DNA of 64,000 nt, taken from an uncultured archaeon. Its GTDB lineage: Archaea > Thermoproteota > Nitrososphaeria > Nitrososphaerales > Gagatemarchaeaceae. Location of the stretch: NCBI GenBank assembly GCA_963817525.1, contig CAWFOU010000001.1, positions 544,001 to 608,000 on the forward strand. The letters are read 5' to 3'. Shown piece after piece: positions 18,594 through 27,668 of this stretch. Positions within the stretch are counted from its first letter, which is position 1. Each line of letters opens with the position of its first letter. The translations under genes and the position numbers were made by a program. The notes beneath the pieces are model-generated. The model saw only the letters and a list, made by a program, of their open reading frames with translations. It searched no databases and was not told the origin of the DNA.

Positions 18594-19496
18594 CTACGCT
18601 ACCTCCTTGCTGATGGTCGAGTCAGCGACGACGAGCACCGCCAGGCCCCCGAGGGGCACGAGGGCGTAGGTGATGAGGTAGATCAGGGTGAGGATTCCGA
18701 AGCCTCCGATGCTCCCTGAGATTATCCCTATCACCGAGAACATGATGAGGAGTAGGAGAGGCGTGACGACGAGCAGGATGGTGTAGAGCTCCGCGACGAA
18801 TCCGACCGACTCTCCTATCGTCCGGGCCTTTAGCCTCTTGTCGAGCATGAGGGAGGAGGCCGACCTGAGGAGGTATGACTTCACCTCGCCTCCGGTCTTC
18901 GACGCGGAGATGAAGCCGTCGAGGAAGTCAGCGAAGTTATCGGACGGCGACCTCTTCTCCTCGGCCTCGAGCGCGTGCTCCAGGTCCATCCCGAGGAGAG
19001 ACATGTCTCTGACTATCATCTTCGCCTCTTGGTTCACGACGTCGGAGGTGTCCTCCTTCGCGAGCGAATGGAACATGCTCTCGGGGGTCATGCCGGCCGA
19101 CGCGAGGACGGCCATGTGCCCCACCGTGAAGGAGAGCTGCGAGTCGAGCTTCCTCCTCCGTGACCCCGCCACGAACTGCGGGTAGAGGTAGAAGCCGATG
19201 AACGCGGCGACGCCCACCAGGAGGGCGAACCCGAACGGGAGGAGGATACGAAAGAGCAGGAAGCTCTTCAGGAACACCGCGACGAGGAAGCCCGCCAGCG
19301 CGCCGCCGACGACCCCGATGAGCGAGGCCGCGACCATGCCGGCCACATAGGCGTCGAAGGGGATCCGAAGCCCGGCCTTGGAGAGCTGCGGCCCGAGCTC
19401 CGCGAAGTACTTGTCGAAGCCCTTCAGGGAGGACCCCAGCAGGATGTAGGAGGTCCCGAAGAAGTTGGTGCTGGAGCCCGCTCCCTTCGCCTTCAT
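18594..19496 (-). CDS. Type IV pilus platform protein (second T2SS F / TadB-C-like)
   Basis: HMAVLASAG...LLGMDL..AL...SPS...TGG pattern. Confidence 0.9.
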   Translation of the reverse strand: MKAKGAGSSTNFFGTSYILLGSSLKGFDKYFAELGPQLSKAGLRIPFDAYVAGMVAASLIGVVGGALAGFLVAVFLKSFLLFRILLPFGFALLVGVAAFIGFYLYPQFVAGSRRRKLDSQLSFTVGHMAVLASAGMTPESMFHSLAKEDTSDVVNQEAKMIVRDMSLLGMDLEHALEAEEKRSPSDNFADFLDGFISASKTGGEVKSYLLRSASSLMLDKRLKARTIGESVGFVAELYTILLVVTPLLLLIMFSVIGIISGSIGGFGILTLIYLITYALVPLGGLAVLVVADSTISKEVA

Positions 19497-21331
19497 GCCC
19501 TCAGGCCCTCCAGCTCGACCTTCGCCTTGTTGATGACAGAGTAAGGCCCCGCGTAGAACTCCTTGACCTGCTCGGAGACCTCGGTGTGGCTCCTGATGTT
19601 CTTCGCGGCGAGCCAGTCTAGGAAGGTCTTCCTCCCGTCGATCTCTATCCGTATCTCCTCAGGCCGGGTCCCGAACTTCTGGGTGATCTTGTCGAAGAGC
19701 TTGCTCCGCCCGGTGAAGGAGAACTTGTCGACGACCGGGTCCCACTTGAAGGCGTCGTTGAGCACTATCTCGTCGGTGCGGGGGTCGTGCCCCACCACCT
19801 CTGTGACCGCGACGACCCTGCGGACAGACCTGTCCGCGAGCCGGATCTTGAGCTGCATCACGACGCAGTCGAGGGTCGTCCCCACGAGGCTCCGGGGGAT
19901 GTTCATGGGCTCCGAAGTGAGCCTGTTTATCACCGCCTCGACCGAGTCGGCGTGGATGGTCGCTAGACCGCCGTGACCTGTGGCGATGGACTGGAACAGA
20001 GTGAACGCCTCCTCGCCTCGGACCTCGCCGACGATGAGGACGTCCGGTCGCTGCCTCAGCGAGGCCTTGATGAGGTCGAACATGGTTATCTCGCCGGCCG
20101 TGCCTACTCCCCTGGTCACGGATTGGACCCAGTTCTCGTGGGGGATGTTGATCTCGGGCGTGTCCTCGACGGAGACTATCTTCTCTCCCGGGGCGATGAA
20201 CATCGAGAGCGCGTTGAGGGAGGTCGTTTTTCCCGAAGCGGTGCCCCCCGCTATCAGCAGGGCCAGCTTCTTCTCGATGAGGTACCAGAGGTAAGCGGCG
20301 ACGTCGGAGCTGAGGGTGTTGTACCTGATGAGGTCGACGATGGTGAGCGGGTCGACCTTGAACTTCCTTATCGTGAAGGTGCTCCCCTTTTGCGTGATCT
20401 CCTTCCCGTAGGTGAGGTGGAGCCTGCTCCCGTCGGCCAGGGACGCGTCCACGATGGGCTCCGCGAGGGAGACGTGCTTTCCCGCGGAGTAGGCGAGCTT
20501 GGAGACGAAGGTGTCGAGCTCATCCTCAGTCTCGAACTTGATGTTGGTGGGGATCGACTCGTAGTCGCGATACCAGATGTAGATCGGGATTCCCGCCCCG
20601 TCGCAGCTGATGTCCTCGATCAGCTTGTCCCGCATGAGGGGCTCGATCTTCCCGAGGTGGATGAAGTCCCTGTTGAGGTAGTAGAGGAGCTTGGTCATGG
20701 TGGACGGCGGGATCCTGTAGCCGTACTTCCTCGAGAGCTCCTTCACCTTGGAAGAGAGGTAGCGCTCGGCCTTTTCGGCCGTGTCGATGCTGCGGAGGTC
20801 GACGTCGAGCGTGTCCACGAGCAGCTTCTTCAGGCTCTCGAGGCGCGCCTTCTCGGCCTCTGAGAGGGTGGGCTCGATGACCACGTAGGTATAGCCCTCG
20901 CGGCCCTCCTCTTTGGTGACTGCGGCGTAGATGTTGAGGGGAAATCCCTCGAGCTGGACGACGTCCACGAACGGGTGGGCCTCGGCGCTCTCGGTGAACT
21001 GCAGCTCCCCCACCTTCATTGCGCCGTCCTTGCGGACCTCGCTGGGCTCCGCGAGCTCGCTTGGCACCGGCTCGACCGCGACGGTCGGGGCGACGAGGCG
21101 CCTGGAGAACCAGTAGAAGAAGCCCCCCGCGAAGGCTACCGCAATCGCCGCCAAGATGGTCCCGGCGAAGAGGGGCGCGAGCCCCACCCTGTCCACGAGG
21201 ATCGAGGTGAAAGGAAGGCCGTAGCGCGCTCCCGTGAAGGAGTCGAGGCTCTCCACGGTTAGGTAGCCGATGAGAGCAACGGCCAGGACCGCCAGCGATA
21301 ACACTAGCGGACTGACCCTAGGGAGCTTCAC
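19493..21331 (-). CDS. Type IV pilus assembly ATPase (VirB11/TadA/ArlI family) with N-terminal TM segments
   Basis: EDISCDG, FTIRKF, Walker A GGTASGKTT, VEDTPE, LRQRPD..VGEVRG and TGH...TIHA. Confidence 0.95.
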   Translation of the reverse strand: MKLPRVSPLVLSLAVLAVALIGYLTVESLDSFTGARYGLPFTSILVDRVGLAPLFAGTILAAIAVAFAGGFFYWFSRRLVAPTVAVEPVPSELAEPSEVRKDGAMKVGELQFTESAEAHPFVDVVQLEGFPLNIYAAVTKEEGREGYTYVVIEPTLSEAEKARLESLKKLLVDTLDVDLRSIDTAEKAERYLSSKVKELSRKYGYRIPPSTMTKLLYYLNRDFIHLGKIEPLMRDKLIEDISCDGAGIPIYIWYRDYESIPTNIKFETEDELDTFVSKLAYSAGKHVSLAEPIVDASLADGSRLHLTYGKEITQKGSTFTIRKFKVDPLTIVDLIRYNTLSSDVAAYLWYLIEKKLALLIAGGTASGKTTSLNALSMFIAPGEKIVSVEDTPEINIPHENWVQSVTRGVGTAGEITMFDLIKASLRQRPDVLIVGEVRGEEAFTLFQSIATGHGGLATIHADSVEAVINRLTSEPMNIPRSLVGTTLDCVVMQLKIRLADRSVRRVVAVTEVVGHDPRTDEIVLNDAFKWDPVVDKFSFTGRSKLFDKITQKFGTRPEEIRIEIDGRKTFLDWLAAKNIRSHTEVSEQVKEFYAGPYSVINKAKVELEGLRA

Positions 21332-21425
21332 GATTATTTCCGATGAAATACCCCTAGTTAGTTAGAAAAGCGTGTGTAACAGCAGACCGGACAGACGGGC
21401 CTCTGGGCCCCCGACGATGCCCCGC

Positions 21426-21602
21426 CTAATTCAGGCCGATGTCAGGGAACTTGGCGGTAGGGAGGCCGAGTTCGGATTGGAGGGTCCTGATCCTCTCTGC
21501 GTACTTTAGCATGTTGGGCTTGTCGTCTTGGACCTTTGCGATCTTGTAGGCTCTCCACGCCTTCTTGAGTGCGGCCCAGGACTGCCCGGCGCTGTAAGAC
21601 AT
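21426..21602 (-). CDS. Small hypothetical protein (58 aa, absent from the ORF track)
   Basis: MSYSAGQSWAALKKAWRAYKIAKVQDDKPNMLKYAERIRTLQSELGLPTAKFPDIGLN; TTAAATA box at about 21634-21640. Confidence 0.75.
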   Translation of the reverse strand: MSYSAGQSWAALKKAWRAYKIAKVQDDKPNMLKYAERIRTLQSELGLPTAKFPDIGLN

Positions 21603-21663
21603 TGTCTGTGCTGGGCTCTTCCCGTCTGGTAGCTATTTAACGCTAATCGCGCGCCAGGGCTCT

Positions 21664-23169
21664 CTAGGAGGTGACGTCGGTCTCGGGCTGCGAGTCGGAC
21701 TCCGATCCTGATCCGGACGCGGGGCCTCCCTCTCTCATGCTCCTTACGAGGTTCGTCAGGAGGAGAAACCGCCTCTCCCAGACCGCCTTCTGGTCGGTTG
21801 CGCCGGTGCGTTCCTCCTGCAGTTCCCTTGTGAGCTCCTCGACCTTCTGCTCGAGCAGCCGCGTCCTCTCGGGGTCGTCGACGAGGGGGACCTCCGGGTC
21901 TGGCCTGCGCTTGAACCAGGCTGTCGGCTTTCCGTTGGTGACAGTCATGGCCGATAGCTTGTACCCCGCGTTCTCCACCTGCTTCACGAGATTCCCGCTT
22001 ATCTCGCCCTTGTTCGTCTCCACGCTGAGGTTGTCTTCGACTATCACGCCGATGGTGTACACCGGCTCCACGTTCCACCTGAATGCCTTTAGGACCTTCG
22101 AGATGCGGAAGGCCTCGTTCATGCTCTCCTCTCCCTCCTGTATGTACGAGGACTTTGCAAGGAGCAAGGTCTCGTGGTTCTTCTTCGGCTTGTCGACCTT
22201 CTCTACCTTTTCCACTTTCTCGGCCTTCTCTACCCTCTTTGCCTTCTCGGTGGCAGCCGGAGCGAGGACAGGAGGGGGTACTGGAACGACAGCTGGAGGA
22301 GGGGGCGGGGCTGCGGCGGGAGCTGGAGGCTCCAAGCTGGGAGGCGCGCGCTCGACCCGCGTCTCGACGATCTGTGGTCTGGCTCGTTTCGGCCTTTCGG
22401 CCCGCTTCTGGGCAGGCTCCGGCGCCGGCAGGGATTCCGGGACGGGAGTGGGGGCCTCTTCGGGGAAGATGCCTTCAAGGGAGGAGGCGACGGAGTCTAC
22501 AGGCGGGGCGGTTTGTGGCTGCTGCAGGAAGTCCGTCTCTCGTGGCTCCGCCTTCTTGGGCTCGGGAGGCGCGCTCCGCTCGGTCGGGTCCTGCTCGAAG
22601 CTTATCGTGTCGGTCTCCCAGGTATAGACGAGGTTCGCGTCTTGGTCCACGAAGCGTGTGCTCCCCAGGAACTCCCTCATCTTTCCGGCTTCCTCGGGCT
22701 TGAATAGGCGCGCGAAGGTCCGGCCGTCCTCTCTCAAGCCTCTGACCCTGATGACGGGCAGGCCGTCGATGGGCGAAGCCCTGGTGTCCACGAGGACTCT
22801 GTCGACCTTGAGGACGGTGGGCGGCTCTTCGCGGGCGGGGGCAGCGAGCGCCGGAGGCTCCCGCTCTTCTCTCTCTTCCCGTTCTGCTCGGGCTTCTCGC
22901 AGGGATGTCGGCGCGGGCTCTGGGTTCTGAGCCTCCGTCTCCTCCTGCGCGAGAGAAGGGGCGCTCTTGGTGACCTGCTGCTCTGCGCTTGGCGCCACGG
23001 GAGGGGCGGCCCTAGGGCCGGCTTCGACGAGTTCATGCCCCGCGTGCTTGAGCCGGAAGTAGCCCACGCTGAGCTCAGAGTAGAAGGTCTCGGTCAAACC
23101 GCAGGTCTTACAGGTGATCGAGAACTTGTGGGACGCCAAGTGCAGATAGTCCGGGTTATTGTTTGCCAT
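21664..23169 (-). CDS. Hypothetical protein: N-terminal C2H2-like zinc site, Pro/Glu-rich linkers, C-terminal coiled coil
   Basis: CKTC...KHAGH; PAPAAAPPPPP; EKAEKVEKVEKVDK; heptads LEQKVEELTRELQEE. Confidence 0.75.
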   Translation of the reverse strand: MANNNPDYLHLASHKFSITCKTCGLTETFYSELSVGYFRLKHAGHELVEAGPRAAPPVAPSAEQQVTKSAPSLAQEETEAQNPEPAPTSLREARAEREEREEREPPALAAPAREEPPTVLKVDRVLVDTRASPIDGLPVIRVRGLREDGRTFARLFKPEEAGKMREFLGSTRFVDQDANLVYTWETDTISFEQDPTERSAPPEPKKAEPRETDFLQQPQTAPPVDSVASSLEGIFPEEAPTPVPESLPAPEPAQKRAERPKRARPQIVETRVERAPPSLEPPAPAAAPPPPPAVVPVPPPVLAPAATEKAKRVEKAEKVEKVEKVDKPKKNHETLLLAKSSYIQEGEESMNEAFRISKVLKAFRWNVEPVYTIGVIVEDNLSVETNKGEISGNLVKQVENAGYKLSAMTVTNGKPTAWFKRRPDPEVPLVDDPERTRLLEQKVEELTRELQEERTGATDQKAVWERRFLLLTNLVRSMREGGPASGSGSESDSQPETDVTS

Positions 23170-23523
23170 GGAGCCTTTCCTGCCGGGCTGGAAGTGTCCC
23201 GAGGAGGCTCGGGGCGGGTCTCCGCGCGGCGTGCTTCATGGCCCGCCCGCACTCTTCGTCACCTGGGGCGGCGGCCTTCAGAGCTCTAGATTGCAATTTC
23301 TAACAACCACGCTAGCTGATTCTGTCGAGGTCTGTGTGCCCTCTGGACTTAAAATCCTTGCGAACAAGTTCGTCGGCGGCCACCCGTGCCCTTGCCGGGC
23401 GCGCGGCCACCATGCACAACAGAGCATGGATGGTGTCCAGGTCCGTCTCATGGGTCCACCCGGCCCGCCGTGAGAACAAGTTGTTCGTCCCCGTTATATG
23501 TGAAACGAGGGTCACTCCGCCCG

Positions 23524-23877
23524 ATGGCTGAGCATCTCGAGACTTTTACAATCGATGCGAGGCGGTCTGACGTCAGGGACCTCTGCGTCAAGTACCTCAC
23601 CGGTTTCAAATACAAGTTCATAGGCGAGGAGGATCAGTCGCTGCTCTTCGAGAAGGGCTCGAAGAGGAAGAACGTCTACACCTTCTCGTTCGACGACGCA
23701 TACAAGAAGGTCAAGCTTTCGGTGGTGGGGAGCGACAAGGTGCCCGTCACCACGGTCTGTGTCCTTTTCACGCTGCCTTTCCTCAGGATGCGAAGGGACG
23801 AGATCGACGGGATAAGGTCGCTCACAAAGGCCCTTCACGAGTTCATCCTCATCACCGTGGGCTACCAGACGGCCTGA
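23524..23877 (+). CDS. Hypothetical protein
   Basis: MAEHLETF...; TTATAT box about 25-30 nt upstream. Confidence 0.7.
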   Translation: MAEHLETFTIDARRSDVRDLCVKYLTGFKYKFIGEEDQSLLFEKGSKRKNVYTFSFDDAYKKVKLSVVGSDKVPVTTVCVLFTLPFLRMRRDEIDGIRSLTKALHEFILITVGYQTA

Positions 23878-23894
23878 GCGCGCAGTAAGCAGCC

Positions 23895-25091
23895 CTAGGC
23901 CGTTCCGACCTCCTTCCTCAGCCTCGCCGCTGCGGCCACCGGGTCAGCGCCGTCTATCAGCAGCACCCCGACCAGGTTCGCGAGGCGCTCGAGCTCGTCT
24001 CCGCTGTATGGAGAGGCGATGACCACGAGGCGCGGGGACTTGATCTCAATGCCCTTCATCACGGCGGCGATAATCGGTTCCCGGGTGGTCTCTTCTTCGT
24101 TTCCCATCACCACCTCGACCGCGAACCCTTTGGAGCCGAGGCTCAGCAGCGCGCCCACCTCGTACTCGGCCCCGGATGCGCCCTTCGCCCGCCCGGGTGC
24201 CTCGACGCTCCACCCCTCGAGGGGGAGCGAGGCCTTCACGATGTCGATCATCGCCCTTGCCCTCTCCTCGGCCTTTCTGCCCGTCTTCAGCTCCCTTAGC
24301 TTTTCGCGCGCCTCCGTGCTGCCCGCGAAGGCCTTGTCGAACATCGGGACCATGGTCGCGGCGTAGTCGCCGCTGTTGGTCCATATGGCGACGTCCCTCT
24401 CGTTCTTCCGCCCCACGACGTCGTCGAGGACGAGCGAGACGAGGACTTGGGCCGCGTCCGCGACCACGATCCTGCTCTTGGCAAAGTCCTCAGAGTGGCG
24501 CATCTCGGTGACGCGGAGGACCGCGTCTGAAGCCTCCGTCGTCTGGTGGTCGCAGACGCTTATGACCCTCGCCTTCACGCCGCGCTTCCTCGCCTCCTTC
24601 AGGGCGTCGGCGAGCCCCAAGAGGTGGAGCTGTAGCAGGTCATTGCGGGTGAGGACCATGTCCAGGCTCGCCGAGGCGGCAGCGACCATCCTTAGGATCT
24701 GGCTGTAGATCTGCTCCCTCCCCTGCACCATCTTGAAGCTGTAGTCCTCGCGCTGCTTCCCCGAAGGGGTCATCGTCCTCCCGATGGAGACGACCTCGGC
24801 CCTCCCCTTCTCCATCTCATCCAGCTTCTTCATCTGGCGGTCCATCATCATGGCCACCACCTGCTCGATGGGCTCTCCTGTGTACTTGACCGGGTTTCCG
24901 GGGCTTGCGATCACGACTCCCGATTCCGCGAGCCTCTTGATTATGCGGTAGGCCTCCATCCTTCGTATCTGCACTGCCTTGGCTATCTCTCCGGCGCTCT
25001 GCGTCCCGTTGGCGAGGAGGCTCAGGTAGACGAGGGACTCCCTGTCGGAGAGGCCGTACTGCATGAGGAGCTTCTGGGCCCTTTCGTCCAA
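23895..25091 (-). CDS. TrmB-family transcriptional regulator with C-terminal nuclease-like domain
   Basis: YGLSDRESLVYLSLL...SAGEIAK..YRIIKRL wHTH; central PLD-like effector domain (ARKRGVKARVI, RIVVAD); C-terminal GASGAEYEV. Confidence 0.85.
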   Translation of the reverse strand: MDERAQKLLMQYGLSDRESLVYLSLLANGTQSAGEIAKAVQIRRMEAYRIIKRLAESGVVIASPGNPVKYTGEPIEQVVAMMMDRQMKKLDEMEKGRAEVVSIGRTMTPSGKQREDYSFKMVQGREQIYSQILRMVAAASASLDMVLTRNDLLQLHLLGLADALKEARKRGVKARVISVCDHQTTEASDAVLRVTEMRHSEDFAKSRIVVADAAQVLVSLVLDDVVGRKNERDVAIWTNSGDYAATMVPMFDKAFAGSTEAREKLRELKTGRKAEERARAMIDIVKASLPLEGWSVEAPGRAKGASGAEYEVGALLSLGSKGFAVEVVMGNEEETTREPIIAAVMKGIEIKSPRLVVIASPYSGDELERLANLVGVLLIDGADPVAAAARLRKEVGTA

Positions 25092-25149
25092 CTGCGTTGG
25101 AAAGGAGACCCCGGGTTGATAAGTCTACTTCCGGAAGATGGTGCCAGGA

Positions 25150-27624
25150 TTAGCCGGCATCCTTCTCCTCGATTTCGTCGGCGGCGACCCCCCGCTTCTT
25201 GATGACCTTCCTGACGCCTAAGACGACGATTGCGATGACCGCTACCACGAGCACTATCGGAAGGATGGTCCCCAGTATGCCCAGGCCATTGGACGTGGAG
25301 CCACCCACTCCCCCTCCCCCGGGAGGAGCGACGAGGATGTTGGTCCCGGCCGTCTGGTTGCCCAGCACCGGGTCCTGGACGAGGGCGGTGATCGTCGCGA
25401 CGCCGTTCTGCGTCGGGATGAAGGTGTCCGTGAACTGACCTGCGGCGTCGGTGGTACCGCCAGGTGAGCTCATCGACCCCGATGTGGCGGTGACGGTGAC
25501 GTTCGCGCCTTGCAGGGGCGAGCCCATGACCTGGACTTGTACCTGCACGATGGCGGGGGTGCCTATCGCCACCACGGGGGCGGAGCTGGTCAGGGTCACG
25601 GACACTGGAGTTGCTATCACCGAAAGCGTTGCGGTCGCAGAGGCGAGCCCGCCCGCGGACGCTGTCAGGACGGTCGAACCCGCCTGTGCGGCCGATACCA
25701 GGGTCCAGGCGTAGTCGGCCCCGGCGGGGACGTCGAGCGTGATGGGCTTCGCTATGACGCTGTCGTTTGCGCTCGTCACAGTGACCGGCGTGTCCTGGCG
25801 CGCCCTCGCCGGAGAGGATGTAGAGTCCTGCAACTGGACGGCGAGGACGGCGTCGCCGCCCCTGCCCAAGGACTGGATTCCGGCCGAGGGGGCCAGGTAC
25901 ATCCCTATCTGGGAGGGCGCGGGGCTGGCGGTGGTCACAGTCGTCGATGACGACTGGAAGCCCGAGGAGCTCGCGCTGATGGTGGCGGTCCCTGGGGATA
26001 TCGTCGTCCCGATGTCCGTGAGCACGAAAGACTGGCCCGCTGGTATCACGACGGTCGAGCTCACCGTCGCTATGCCCGTGGCGGAGCTCGCTAGCTGGAC
26101 GGGCACGCCTGCGGGGGCGACCGCCGGCTGGCCGCCGGCGTCCTGGAGGATCACCTCCAGCGCGGAGTACGTCCCTCCGTCGGCAGGAAGCGTGGACGGG
26201 AGCGCTTGGACGGCCACCTCGGTCGGGACGGGCCCGTAGCTGCTCAAGGAGATGGTGGCGGATTGGAGGTTCTGGGCGGAGGCGGTGATGAACGTGCTAC
26301 CGACGAAGTACGTGGACGAGAAGGTCGCTACCCCGTAGCTCGAGCCAGACGGGATGTCCAGGCTGGCGGTGACGTTCCCCACCGCAGAGTCGGAAGAGGT
26401 GAGCGCGACCGAGACGCCGGATGACGCGACGGCGGGGTTGCCCCTCGCGTCGGTGAGCAGGACGACGACCGAATGGTATGCCGACTGGTCGGCGAGCACC
26501 GGGCTGGGCGCTGCGACTAGGCTAAGCTGTGTGGGCGCGACGGCGACCGAGACAGTGACCAGGGCGAAGGCAGACACCAGCCCGGGGGAGGACGCGGTGA
26601 GGTTGGCCATCCCAGCGGTGGAGCCCGAGGTGAACGACGCGACCGTGTAGATCTGGCCCATTGAGACGGTCGCGGTCTCGGCCGATGCGATCACGCTCGT
26701 GTTCGACGAAGTGATCGTCACGGAGATGGCGGCCGGGGCGGGGGCGGGGTCTCCGCTTGGGTCGGTGAGGGTCACCACCAGGCGACCGGTGGTCGAGGTC
26801 GCGAGGGGGTCGGGCTGGGCGAACATCTTCAAGGCGAAGGGAGAGGCACCTTCCACCGTCACCGTTCCGGACCCCGATCTGAAACCGGAGGCGGAGCCCG
26901 TTATGGTTGCGGCGCCAGGCAAGAGCCCTACGTCGTAGGGGACAGAGGAGAGCACCGCTCCGCTCTGGATGGTGAGGGAGCCGGAGGGTAGGCTCACCAC
27001 GTTGTTGTCGGATGACGAGAGCGTGACGTCGATGTCAGAGCTGGCCTGTGCAGGGAAGCCCGCGGCATCCAGGGTCTCGACCAAGAGCGCCCCCTGGCCG
27101 GACTGGCCGACCTCTTGGGCGCCCGGCACCGGGATGACGCTCAGGGTGGTCGCGAACCCGCTGGGAGTAGACGTGGTGACCTGGCCCGAAGCGGCCGCAA
27201 GGCCGCTCGAGGAGGCAGAGATCGAGGTGACGCCCGGCGTATCGCTTGTCGTGAAGTTTGCGACCGCGAACCCTGCTCCCCGGGCGATGGTGACGGCGGC
27301 GGTGACGTTGCCCACGCTCGCCTCGGAGGAGGTGAGGAAGACGAGCGTTGCGTTCAGCGCGAGGGTGGCGGACCCCACAGAGTTTTCGAGCGAGACTATC
27401 ACTGCTTGGTAGGTGCCCCCGTCAGCCGGGAGGTCCGGAGGGACGACCGAGACCAGAAGAGAGGCGGGCGTCCCACCCGCGGAAGAGGACGGCGCCGAGG
27501 ACGAAGTGGTCGTCGTGATGGTGGAGGAAGCCGCCGCCATGGCTTGGAAGGCTTGGGTCGAGAGCAGCATCACGACGCAGACGGCGAGGGTGGACACTAG
27601 CCCCCGTCTCGACCTTGCCCTCAT
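25150..27624 (-). CDS. Membrane-anchored Ig-like (Big/invasin-type) repeat surface protein
   Basis: Signal peptide; repeated LPADGG..V.L.D..G.PA.A...VTL.SS...G.ATI.AS..G units; C-terminal TM plus KK/RK. Confidence 0.85.
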   Translation of the reverse strand: MRARSRRGLVSTLAVCVVMLLSTQAFQAMAAASSTITTTTSSSAPSSSAGGTPASLLVSVVPPDLPADGGTYQAVIVSLENSVGSATLALNATLVFLTSSEASVGNVTAAVTIARGAGFAVANFTTSDTPGVTSISASSSGLAAASGQVTTSTPSGFATTLSVIPVPGAQEVGQSGQGALLVETLDAAGFPAQASSDIDVTLSSSDNNVVSLPSGSLTIQSGAVLSSVPYDVGLLPGAATITGSASGFRSGSGTVTVEGASPFALKMFAQPDPLATSTTGRLVVTLTDPSGDPAPAPAAISVTITSSNTSVIASAETATVSMGQIYTVASFTSGSTAGMANLTASSPGLVSAFALVTVSVAVAPTQLSLVAAPSPVLADQSAYHSVVVLLTDARGNPAVASSGVSVALTSSDSAVGNVTASLDIPSGSSYGVATFSSTYFVGSTFITASAQNLQSATISLSSYGPVPTEVAVQALPSTLPADGGTYSALEVILQDAGGQPAVAPAGVPVQLASSATGIATVSSTVVIPAGQSFVLTDIGTTISPGTATISASSSGFQSSSTTVTTASPAPSQIGMYLAPSAGIQSLGRGGDAVLAVQLQDSTSSPARARQDTPVTVTSANDSVIAKPITLDVPAGADYAWTLVSAAQAGSTVLTASAGGLASATATLSVIATPVSVTLTSSAPVVAIGTPAIVQVQVQVMGSPLQGANVTVTATSGSMSSPGGTTDAAGQFTDTFIPTQNGVATITALVQDPVLGNQTAGTNILVAPPGGGGVGGSTSNGLGILGTILPIVLVVAVIAIVVLGVRKVIKKRGVAADEIEEKDAG

Positions 27625-27668
27625 TCTGTCTCGCCCTGCGCCCCGCACTGATATTAGGGGATGGGATG

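Noticed and set aside
6620-21331. Archaellum (flagellum) operon
   Set aside because: No arlF/arlG or chemotaxis genes were recognised. There are two platform genes, and the subunits have pilin-type rather than archaellin-type N-termini.
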